NCBI GenBank assembly: GCA_963835065.1
Contig: CAWIEK010000041.1
Span: 32,001 to 96,000, forward strand
DNA: 64,000 nt
Origin: an uncultured Chthonomonadaceae bacterium
Lineage (GTDB): Bacteria; Armatimonadota; Chthonomonadetes; Chthonomonadales; Chthonomonadaceae
Direction: 5' to 3'
Under the pieces are notes generated by a model that saw only the letters and a list, made by a program, of their open reading frames with translations, ran no database searches and was not told where the DNA came from. A program made the position numbers and the translations under genes. Positions 9,795 through 19,088 of the stretch are shown piece after piece. Position 1 is the stretch's first letter; each line of letters begins with the position of its first letter.

Positions 9795-9988
9795 CTATCT
9801 GGCGTTCCGCCAATGGGAGTTTCGCATGGGCGGGTATCAGTCCACGTTCAAGTGGCTCGATGACCGCAGGCCGTGTCCTGACCGAAACCGACATTACGCA
9901 TTACCGCAAAATGCTCGCATCGTTGCGCGAAACGAGCGTGTTGCTGCCGTCTGTGGATGCCGTGTTCACGCGGATGCTGGGCGGATGA
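9795..9988 (+). pseudogene. C-terminal remnant of a Type ISP/IIG-like restriction-modification enzyme
   Basis: Across frameshifts it reads LSGVPP/WEFRMGGYQSTFKWLDDR/GRVLTETDITHYRKMLASLRET, resembling the GGYQVxxKWLKDRxGRxL..DIxHY..L.ET family terminus. Confidence 0.6.
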
Positions 9989-10048
9989 GGGTCCAATCTT
10001 CCAATCTGTACAAACAAGACAAAAAGAGCAAAATAACACGGAAAAAGC

Positions 10049-10076
10049 GAAACTTTTGCTCGATACGTCCGTCTAA
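10049..10076 (+). promoter_or_regulatory. ECF-sigma-type promoter (copy A)
   Basis: GAAAC-N16-CGTCTAA. The boxes and spacing are conserved in copy B while the spacer sequence diverges. Confidence 0.6.
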
Positions 10077-10081
10077 ATACT

Positions 10082-10280
10082 AGAATAACGTCTACTATAC
10101 AGACGTTATACATACAGGAAGGGAGGTGCCAGTCCTATGTTTCACCCCTCCCGTTCGCCCTGACGCTTACGAGGCCACGACGCCTCTCTCCTACAACTTG
10201 ACACAACGAGACATCGGGCTGGAAGCGCTGCATTGCCAAGATTTCGACGATGACTCTACATACTCTTTTTTCTACATGCC
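10082..10280 (+). ncRNA. Candidate structured small RNA / micropeptide transcript (copy A)
   Basis: 127-nt core (10137-10263) has 6 mismatches and no gaps versus the reverse complement of 50452-50578. Hairpins show G-U-preserving changes and the 3' end is T-rich. Confidence 0.55.
10137..10163 (+). CDS. Candidate 8-aa micropeptide MFHPSRSP (copy A)
   Basis: SD AGGAAGGGAGGT 9 nt before ATG. Identical ORF in copy B. Confidence 0.35.
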   Translation: MFHPSRSP

Positions 10281-10400
10281 CTTTTTCCGGCGCTTTCATC
10301 CTTCATCCTGCGAAAATGCGGGCAGGCATAGGGTCGGTGTTCATCCAGGATGTGCTTCGCAATGTCGAGCGTACCATTGGGTGAGCTGCAATCTGACAAC

Positions 10401-10439
10401 GCAAACACCCTGTTCCTTATTTGGAAGCAGGGCGTTTGT
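10401..10439. terminator. Imperfect hairpin, possible terminator
   Basis: GCAAACACCCTGTTCC-TTATTT-GGAAGCAGGGCGTTTGT. Confidence 0.45.
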
Positions 10440-10607
10440 CATCTTCGGGCGGCGCGAATGTAGGTATACTGTTTCCATGCGAGAAACAGTTTACAGGAAC
10501 GTTCTGGTTCCTCAAACGGCAATAGCTTGGTGTGAGGACACCGCGAAAGGAGAATACGCGCAAGTTTTAACCGTCTCTGGCGGAGCGGCTTAGGCGTAAA
10601 GCAGACT

Positions 10608-11417
<810 letters not shown>

Positions 11418-11501
11418 CCGGTATAGAGTGCAGTGGCAAACCGTCTGCAAAGCCTGTAACTGTGAGCTGGCTTGCGCTGTCAAAGAGTTTGAATTCCGGC
11501 A

Positions 11502-11530
11502 TTGACACCGCGTGGGTTTTTTGCTACACT
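11502..11530 (+). promoter_or_regulatory. Sigma70-type promoter of the toxin-antitoxin pair
   Basis: TTGACA-N17-TACACT with an extended TG. Confidence 0.65.
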
Positions 11531-11614
11531 AGAGAAAGTTTCTTGACACAGCAACTGATACCTTTGAAAAGCGAAGTCTGCTTTGCCGTGCCATTGTCGA
11601 GAAGGAGAGGTGAA

Positions 11615-11827
11615 ATGGCCGAAGTTACTGTAGATACCGAGCAGCAGGTGGAAACATCTGCAAACGTGGTTGCCCATGCCTTGTCGCAGGGCACTGCAAC
11701 GCAACAGGTTGTTTCTCCAGAACAGGCTGCTGACCTCTGTGAAACGCTAACGGATGTCAAACCTGCTACGGAGGCGCTGCGCAAAGCGGCTGCAAAACCG
11801 CGTCGTTTTGTGTTTGTTGCCCGATAA
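11615..11827 (+). CDS. Putative antitoxin resembling the DUF1778/TacA C-terminal part
   Basis: SD GGAGAGG. VVSPEQAADLCETLTDVKPATEALRKAA resembles the DUF1778 tail. Directly upstream of a GNAT toxin. Confidence 0.6.
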   Translation: MAEVTVDTEQQVETSANVVAHALSQGTATQQVVSPEQAADLCETLTDVKPATEALRKAAAKPRRFVFVAR

Positions 11828-11839
11828 AGCAGGCCGCAG

Positions 11840-12332
11840 ATGCTGACCATCGTTGCCCTTACTGAGTCGCATAATCGAAAGTCGTTCAATTGCGGTAGAC
11901 CTGCATTGAACGACTTTTTGATAAAACGCGCCCTTTCTCCGTATTTCCGAACGTATGTGGTTGTGCCGGAACGAACCTCATCCGAAATCATCGCCTTCTT
12001 CACGATAAGTCCCGATCCTACGGAAATTATACGGGGTGACTACAAAGCAGGCGGGCTGCTCACTCGTCTGGTGAAGCTGGAGTATTTAGCCGTTGATAAC
12101 AACTAGCAACGGCATAGGGGAAGACCTGCTCGTCTACATCATGGAGCAAGCCGTACAAGCCGCCACAGAGTACGCGATTGACGCTCTGGTTTTGACGCCG
12201 CTCGACAAAGAGGCCGAGCAGTGGTACCTAAAACGCGATTTCGGATTCGCGGTAACGTACATACCCGACAGAGCATTAATTTTGTCTGTTGAAACCATGC
12301 GAACAGTACTCGGCGGTTCCTCAACAGAATAG
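11840..12332 (+). CDS. GNAT toxin (TacT/AtaT-like), frameshifted near 12104
   Basis: HNRKSFNCGRPALNDFL and LEYLAVDNN, continuing in another frame as NGIGEDLL...AEQWYLKRDFGF. Confidence 0.75.
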
Positions 12333-12374
12333 TAAGCAGGAACATTCCTATTTGTTTTTGTTCTTTTTCGTTTA

Positions 12375-12450
12375 TTTCGCGTCTTTCGCGGTTCCCTCGC
12401 TCCTAATCTTTTCTCTGTGACCCCTCTGTGTCTCTGTGTCTCTGTGGTGC
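12375..12450. repeat. Intergenic short tandem repeats (TTCGCG and CTCTGTG types)
   Basis: TTTCGCGTCTTTCGCGGTT and CTCTGTGACCCCTCTGTGTCTCTGTGTCTCTGTGGT. A similar TTCGCG..TTCGCGGTT occurs near 62305. Confidence 0.5.
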
Positions 12451-12489
12451 AAGTTTCTTACTCTTCTTTGCGTTCATTCGAGGTTACTT

Positions 12490-13528
12490 ATGCCAACCGA
12501 CTCTGTTCTGCCTTTGTGCCTGACCGCCTATAGCCTGCCGCATACGATGGGCTATGTGAAAACGCGCGACGATGCGCCCAATGCCGCGCCCCTGACGCCG
12601 CTTGGCCTAGCGGATTTAGCCCGCGATTTGGGACTGGCGGGCGTGGAACTGCCGCTTGCCGCTCGCGTCCCCTCGTTCAACGGCCAGATTGTGGAAGCTG
12701 CAGGCGTCCCGGACAATTTTCCTGAAGAACTGGCGTCCCGGAATTTAAAACTGGTGGCGGATTACGGCGCGCTGCTGGATTACGACGCGGCGCATACCCG
12801 CGCTTATCTGAACAAGGCCGCGCAGGAGGGCGCAAAAGTCGTGCGCGCGATTTTAAGCCATTTGCTGTGCGGCGACCGGCGTAAAATGGCAGGCGGATGG
12901 GACGCGCACCGGGACGCGATTGCCGTGCGCCTGCGCGAACTGCTGCCGTATGCCGAAGACAAAGGCATAATTCCTGGCATTGGAAAACCATCAGGACGCG
13001 ACAACCGAAGATTTCTGGTGGCTGTATGAGCAGACGGGGCAAAGCGCGGCGTTCGGCGTCACGCTCGACACGGGCAACCCGCTTTCCGTCGGACAAGACC
13101 CCGCAGAAGCGGCGCGGCAACTGGCTCCTCTCATCCGGCACGTGCATCTAAAAGATTATACGATGCACTTTGCGCCCGAAGGCTTTCGGCTTGTACGCTG
13201 CGCGGCCGGGGAGGGCGTGATTGACTTTCCGGCCATTATGAAAGCCGTTCGCGCCAACGGCCATGACCTGCTGCCGGGAATCGAAATCGCCGCGCAGCAG
13301 ACGCGCACCATTCCGCTTCTGGAACCCGATTGGTGGGAACATTACCCGGTCAGAACTACGGACGCGCTCATTCCCGTCCTGCAAATCCTGTGGGCAAAGG
13401 GCAGGCCGCAAAACGAACCCTATTCCAGCGCGTGGGAGCGTGGCGAGGGTTCCGAAACGGTGAAGCAGGAAGAATTAGACGTGGTTCGGCGCAGCGTGGC
13501 GTACTTCCGCTCACTGTCAACAACATAA
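12490..13528 (+). CDS. Sugar phosphate isomerase/epimerase (xylose isomerase-like TIM barrel), frameshift near 12970
   Basis: GLAGVEL, then ENHQD, LDTGN, HVHLKDY and GEGVIDF in the joined frames. Confidence 0.85.
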
Positions 13529-13557
13529 AGAAACCGACAATTCACGGGGCGCGTAGG

Positions 13558-13665
13558 GGCTGTTAAGAGCCACTCCCAGTAGGCGCGGCATTTGCGTCCG
13601 CAGGACGCTTGTACTTTCCTGCCGGGTACTTTCAGTACCCGGCCTATGGGGAGTGGCTGTTAAGA
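13558..13665. mobile_element. MITE/REP-like intergenic element
   Basis: Inverted ends TTAAGAGCCACTCCC and GGGAGTGGCTGTTAA, internal hairpin GCCGGGTACT-TTC-AGTACCCGGC, and GGCTGTTAAGA at both ends. Confidence 0.45.
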
Positions 13666-13682
13666 AAAGGGGCGAAGCCGCC

Positions 13683-14544
13683 ATGAAATCTCCTGCGCAT
13701 CCGGTTAAGGCATTCTCGTTGGTTGAGTTGCTTGTGGTGATTGCGGTTATTCTGATATTGGCCGCGCTGCTGTTTCCGGTGTTTGGAAGCGCGCGGGGCA
13801 AAGCGCGGCAGACCGCCTGCCTGTCGAACGCGCGGCAGCTTGCCCTTGCCTGCGAACAGTACGTCAGCGATAACGACAACACTTACCCGCTCCTTTGGTG
13901 GGCGGGCGCGGCTTATCCCTACGTCAACAACACCGCCGTCTTACCATTGTCCCGAAGATGGCAACCGGGCCGCAAAAATGGACAAGGGCGCGACGGCTTA
14001 CCCGGTTTCCTACGCCTACAACATCAACCTGCTGGACATGCCCCACCATACCACAGCGGAGGTGACTTCCCCGGCGCAATCCGTGCTGCTGTTCGAGGCG
14101 ACGGGCATCAACGCGCAGTTGCTGGATACGACGGAAGGCGTTCGCTCCGATACGATTGGCCCGCAGCAGTTTTCCGGCGGCGGCGACGGCCTTGATTGTA
14201 ATCTGGAAACCACCGGCCCAACCACGCAGGACACATCTCAATACCCTAATGCGCTGTATGCAACCGGCCTCCTGGACAACTGGCAGGAAACCACCGACCA
14301 CTGCCCCCCGCAATACGAAGACCACAACGGGCGCCACAACAACGGCTCTGTCTTTGTCGCAGTGGATGGACACGCCAAATGGCTGCCGGGCATGCAAGTG
14401 AGCGCGGGCTACAACGCCCCATCCGCAAGCGCCGATCAAACCCGCAGCGGCTGCATCTCCCACGACATCCAAGCGCAGCCAACGCAGCCCTGCGCCGCCG
14501 GTTCCGCCAACGGCAAACACACATTGACGTTCAGCATCAAATGA
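13683..14544 (+). CDS. Prepilin-type N-terminal cleavage/methylation protein with H-X9-DG motif (DUF1559-like), frameshift near 13940
   Basis: KAFSLVELLVVIAVILILAALLFPVF..ARQTACLSN and C-terminal RHNNGSVFVAVDGHAKW. Confidence 0.88.
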
Positions 14545-14679
14545 ACGGCATAATCAGCAACAAATAGGCGGCAAAACACGATGAGCAAAGAAACGTATTC
14601 GCCTGTGGAAACTTCCATTGGATTTCTGCGTGGACGCGATGCTGTGTATCTGTATACGCTCCATTATGACGGCAGTACG

Positions 14680-15909
14680 TTAGAGTGTTTGCGACAAGGG
14701 ACAAGCAAAGAACGCTTCTTGACGGCTGTGTTCCGTCACGGCTTTTGCTTCCTCCGTATTCCTGCTTTCAGCATGAAGCGGCGATTGGCGTTCGCGCAAA
14801 GCGTTGCCTGCGCGTCCGGCGACAACGGCTTGCAGTTCGGCCACAATGGACAGCGCGATTTCATCCGGGTTGTCCGCGCCGATGTCAAGGCCGACCGGCC
14901 CATGCAGGCGGGCACGTTGGGCGTGGGTTGGCGTAACGCCTTCCCCTTCGATATGCTCCAGCAGGCGGTGCAGGCGCTTCTTCGGCCCTAAGACGCCGAT
15001 GTAGCGCGCGGGCGAAACGAGTAACTGCGCCAGCAAATCCGCGTCGTGCAGAAAGTTATGCGTCATCAGTAGGGTGAAGGTGTCCGGGGCGATTTCTAGT
15101 TTTTGAGGCAGGGCGTCCGGGGTGCAGCCGACAACCGAATCGGCCTCCGCGAACCGTTCCGCCGATACCAATGTACAGCGCGGATCAACAACGGTGACAT
15201 GCCAGCCCATTTGTTTCGCCAGGCGGACAACGGGCAAAGCGTCCTGTCCCGCCCCGAAAACAACCAGCGGGCGCGGCGGCAGCACACATTCGAGACTGAT
15301 TTCCACTGTCGCGCCATGTGTCTCGTAGCGCCGAACTTCGGTTTTACCCTCCTGCCGCATACGAACCATATCCTGAATCAAAATGTCGTGAAGCGGGCCA
15401 CAGCGCAGACGGCCCTCACTGTTTCCATTCTCATGCAGAATCAGCCGGTCGCCAACCACCATGCCGGACTTTGAACCCTCCTCATTCGTAACGCGCAGTA
15501 CCGTTGCAAGTACGCCTCGCTTGCGCGTTTCCAGACACGTTTGCAGAAATGCCAGTACATCCTTATCAGGAACTTGGGCGGTTGTTGGCGTCAAGCGTTC
15601 CAGCAGCACATGTACCACGCCGTTGCAGCCCAGCCCGAAACCCCAAACAATATCTTCATTCGCGGTTGAATCATACGTGACAAGTACCGGCCCGCTTGCC
15701 GTCCGTTCCCACGCGGTTTGCAGCATATCCGCTTCCAGACACCCGCCGCTGATCGCGCCCGCCGCCCAACCTTTATTGGTAAACAGCATCCGCGCGCCCG
15801 GACGCCGGTACGTGGAACCCTCCGTTTGCACAACGGTTGCCAGAAACGCCGGTTCGCCCGTTTCCCGTATCTGCCGCCACGCTTCCAAGATGGCCTGTGT
15901 TTCGTTCAT
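14680..15909 (-). CDS. xdhC: XdhC/CoxI family molybdoenzyme maturation protein
   Basis: GSTYRRPGARM, ISGGCLE, FGLGCNG, LMTHN, YIGVLGP and PVGLDIGADNPDEIALSI. Confidence 0.9.
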   Translation of the reverse strand: MNETQAILEAWRQIRETGEPAFLATVVQTEGSTYRRPGARMLFTNKGWAAGAISGGCLEADMLQTAWERTASGPVLVTYDSTANEDIVWGFGLGCNGVVHVLLERLTPTTAQVPDKDVLAFLQTCLETRKRGVLATVLRVTNEEGSKSGMVVGDRLILHENGNSEGRLRCGPLHDILIQDMVRMRQEGKTEVRRYETHGATVEISLECVLPPRPLVVFGAGQDALPVVRLAKQMGWHVTVVDPRCTLVSAERFAEADSVVGCTPDALPQKLEIAPDTFTLLMTHNFLHDADLLAQLLVSPARYIGVLGPKKRLHRLLEHIEGEGVTPTHAQRARLHGPVGLDIGADNPDEIALSIVAELQAVVAGRAGNALRERQSPLHAESRNTEEAKAVTEHSRQEAFFACPLSQTL

Positions 15910-15920
15910 TGTAGTTCCTG

Positions 15921-16044
15921 AGTAGTCAGTAGTCAGTAGTCAGTAGTCAGTAGAAATACCTGCTTACTCAAAATTGTGCAGTGCGGTAACAACTTACAGG
16001 CGAGGGTTTTTCTACTGACTACTGACTACTGACTACTGACTACT
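15921..16044. repeat. Inverted heptamer arrays (AGTAGTC)n/(GACTACT)n
   Basis: 36-bp perfect inverted repeat, 15921-15956 versus 16009-16044. Confidence 0.85.
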
Positions 16045-18320
16045 ACAAAAGCTTATCCGGCGTAATCGGCAGGTCGCGGACGCGCTTGCCGGTGGCGTGG
16101 AAAATGGCGTTGGCGATGGCGGCGGGACCGCCCGTGATGCCGATCTCGCCTACGCCTTTCACGCCAATCGGGTTGACATGCATATCCGTTTCCTGCACGA
16201 AAAAGGCGTCTATGTCGGGCACATCGGCGTTGACGGGAACGTGGTACTCGGCAAGGTCGCGGTTGACGACGCGGCCCAGGCGCGGGTCCATGATCGTCGC
16301 TTCGTGCAGGGCCATGCCGATAGCCCACACCATGCCGCCTAAAATTTGCGAACGGGCGGTCTTGGCATTTAGAATACGCCCCGCCGCGAACGCGCCCACC
16401 ATGCGGGCAATCCGCGTTTCACCCGACGCCGGGTTGACATGGACTTCCACAAACTGCGCGCCGAACGCATGGGACGAATACTCTTTCTTTTCTTCGCCCG
16501 GTTTCGCGCTGCCTTCCGCCGTCAGCATATCCTTGTTGTTACGTTTCAGCAAGTCAGCGTAGCTTTCGCCCTGCGCGGGGTTGTTTTTGACGAACAAGCG
16601 CCCGTTTTCGCTGCCGATCTGGTCTTCGGCTTGGCCGTGTAAGGGCGAGTTGGCATCCCCTATCGCTAATTGAACAGCCTGCTTGCGAACTTCAAGCGCC
16701 GCCGCTTTTAAGGCCGAGCCGACGCTTGCCGCCGTTTGCGAACCGCCCGACACCGGAGCCTGCGGCATCCGAGTATCGCCCAACTCAAAGCGGGCTTTCT
16801 CTACCGGGACGCCCACAATTTCCGCGATAAGCTGCGTCATGATCGTATACGTGCCTGTGCCCAAATCCTGCGTTCCGCTCACGCCCCGAACGCGCCCGTC
16901 CGCCATGATTTCTACGCGGGCGGTTGCCTCACTGCGGTTTGTCGGATACGTGGACGTTGCCATGCCATAGCCGATTAGCCAGCCATTTTCGGTTTTCATG
17001 GAGCCGATTGCGGGGTTGCGCTTGCTCCAGCCGATGCGCTCCGCGCCCTGCCGGTAACATTCGCGCAGTTCCTTGCTCGACCAGGGCAGTTTGCGGTGTT
17101 CGTCCATTTCGGCATAATTGCGCAGGCGCAGTTCAACGGGGTCAAGATGCAGCGCGTATGCCAGTTCGTCCATTGCGGACTCCAGCGCGAAACAGCCCGG
17201 CGCTTCTCCCGGCGCGCGCTGGCTTGTGGGCGTCCCTTTGTTGATGCGAACCAGTTTATGCGTCCCTACCACATTCGGGACATGAGTACAAAATGGGCGC
17301 GACAACGCCGCATTTTTCCGTAAACTCGTCATAGGGCGAGGTGTTGTTCGTTGTCGCGTGAATGATGCTTTGCAGTCTGCCATCCCTGTCCGCTCCAAGC
17401 GCGACGCGCTGCAATGTCTGCGCCCGATGCCCTACGGACGTAAACATCTGCTGCCGCGTCAGTTCCAATTTGACGGGACGGCCTACTTTGCGCGCGGCAA
17501 TCGCGGCCAAAACGACGTGCGGCCACGTAAACCCCTTGCATCCGAACCCGCCGCCCACAAAATAGCAGACGGTACGGACGTTTTCGCGGGGTATGCCCAA
17601 AATTTTAGCCGTGACGTTTTGTGAACCCGAAACCCATTGCGTCGCGTCGTAAATGGTCAGTTTATCGCCTTCCCAGGCGGCAATTGTGGCCGAAGGTTCC
17701 ATCGGGTTGTGGTTTTCCACGGGCGTTCGGTACAGGCGATCCACTTTTACGGGAGAAAGCGCAAGCGCCACTTCCGGTTCGCCGCGCTTGCTGTCGTTGG
17801 GTTCGCGTCCCGCATCCGCCGGCGCTTTGATGGCTTCGTGCAGATGCCGCTCCATTTCGGTTTTGGGCGGCTCCTGCTGGTACTCCACTTTCACCCGTTC
17901 CCCCGCGTACCGCGCCTGCTCAAACGTTTCCGCGACGACGACGGCGATATGCTGTCCGCTGTAATAAATGGTGGCATCTTGAAGCGGCAGGAGTTTTTGT
18001 CCCGGTTTGCCGGGATTCTGCTGCTGTTGCTGCTGCTGCGCGTCTTCGGGCTTGCTTTTGGCGTTGGCCTGTGGGAACTGGTTTAATTTAGGCGCGTTGA
18101 GGTGCGTGATAATGGTCAGGACGCCGGGCAGATGTTCCGCTTCACTGGTGTCTATGCTGACAATGCTGCCGCGCGCAATCGTGCTTTGGATGATGTAAGC
18201 GTGGACAAGGCCGGGCAGGTCGAACTCTGCCGCATACGGTGCGGTTCCCGTCACCTTTTGCCGCCCATCAATGCGGTTGAGCGGCTTGCCCACAATCTGC
18301 CCACCTAAACCATTGCTCAT
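16043..18320 (-). CDS. Xanthine dehydrogenase-family Mo-binding subunit (PaoC/YagR-like) copy 1, frameshift near 17280
   Basis: RIDGRQKVTG, HNPMEP, VGGGFGCKG, RAPGE, QDLGTGTYT, GGSQT and GVKGVGEIGITG..RVRDLPITPDKLL. Confidence 0.9.
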
Positions 18321-18353
18321 GTCTGTTTCAAGCTGCATGACTCAAAACTCCTG

Positions 18354-19064
18354 TTACTTTCTGTGTTGCTTTTCGTGTTTTTCTTTCAGGTCTTCCGTCA
18401 AGGCCCAGAGCGCTATGCGCTGAAGCAGAACGCCGATGACGGCAACCGCGCCGGCAAAAGCCGAATAACGCATAATCTCCGAAGGCGTGGTGGGAATATA
18501 CAGCAGCGCTCGGTTGATATAGGGACTCAGCCATTTTAGCGTCATCAACTCACCGGCAAAGACCACGCTTCCCATGAGGAAGGCTTTTGCAGGGCGTCGA
18601 ATCAACAGGCCAAGCGCAAAAGCGATGCAAAAACCGCCCGTTTCCAGCCTGACCATGCCCATCAAACTGCCAAGCCCGCATAGCGCGGCCAGAATCGCGC
18701 CGAACACGTGAAAAGAACGTTTTCCAGTCCGTCCGTCAGCAGTCGGCGCGGCGAATGGAAGAAGGAGCGTTCGCCGCGTGGGAACCTCGCCAACCGTCAT
18801 GACTTCCTGCTGCGCTTCCGCCGCAATCTCGGCAATGGCCTGCCGCACGAAAGATCGGGTTCAGCTCGGTTTCCACGCAGGATAATTGCAGTTCCTGAAC
18901 GGTTCCCATAGCAACACTGCTCAAGGCGGTTCCCGAATTTCGCGCCGCAAGCATCGCGTCTGCTGCTGCAATCGCGCCGCCCGTTCCCAAACGTCGCGCT
19001 GCATGGTGGCATCCGGGCGCAGCGTGGAAGTGGGCGCTTGTTCCAGTTGTTCAAAGTGTTGCAT
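18354..19064 (-). CDS. Hypothetical membrane protein (about 4 TM), apparently two frameshifts
   Basis: SD GAGGAGG then MQHFEQLEQ...VWERAARLQQQ. It joins via DAMLAAR..ELNPIF to VRQAIAEIAAE and a hydrophobic C-half. Confidence 0.55.
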
Positions 19065-19088
19065 AGGACGCTCTTGCCGTCTGCCTCC

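Noticed and set aside
10137..10163. Type I toxin-antitoxin toxin
   Set aside because: SD sequestration fits, but the peptide is only 8 aa and not hydrophobic.
10140..10200. c-di-AMP (ydaO) riboswitch on the minus strand (CCTCGTAAGCG, GGGGTGAA)
   Set aside because: The motifs are in the wrong order, other conserved elements are missing, and the G-U evidence favours the opposite strand.
10126..10593. 155-aa ORF (and the 110-aa ORF at 50400-50732) as real proteins
   Set aside because: They cross the duplicated element in different frames, so neither is conserved between the copies.
14581..14991. 136-aa plus-strand ORF
   Set aside because: Most of it overlaps xdhC antisense. Only the first ~35 codons could be a gene remnant, too little to call.
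15921..16044. CRISPR array from the short repeats
   Set aside because: These are 7-bp tandem units without unique spacers, and no cas genes are present.
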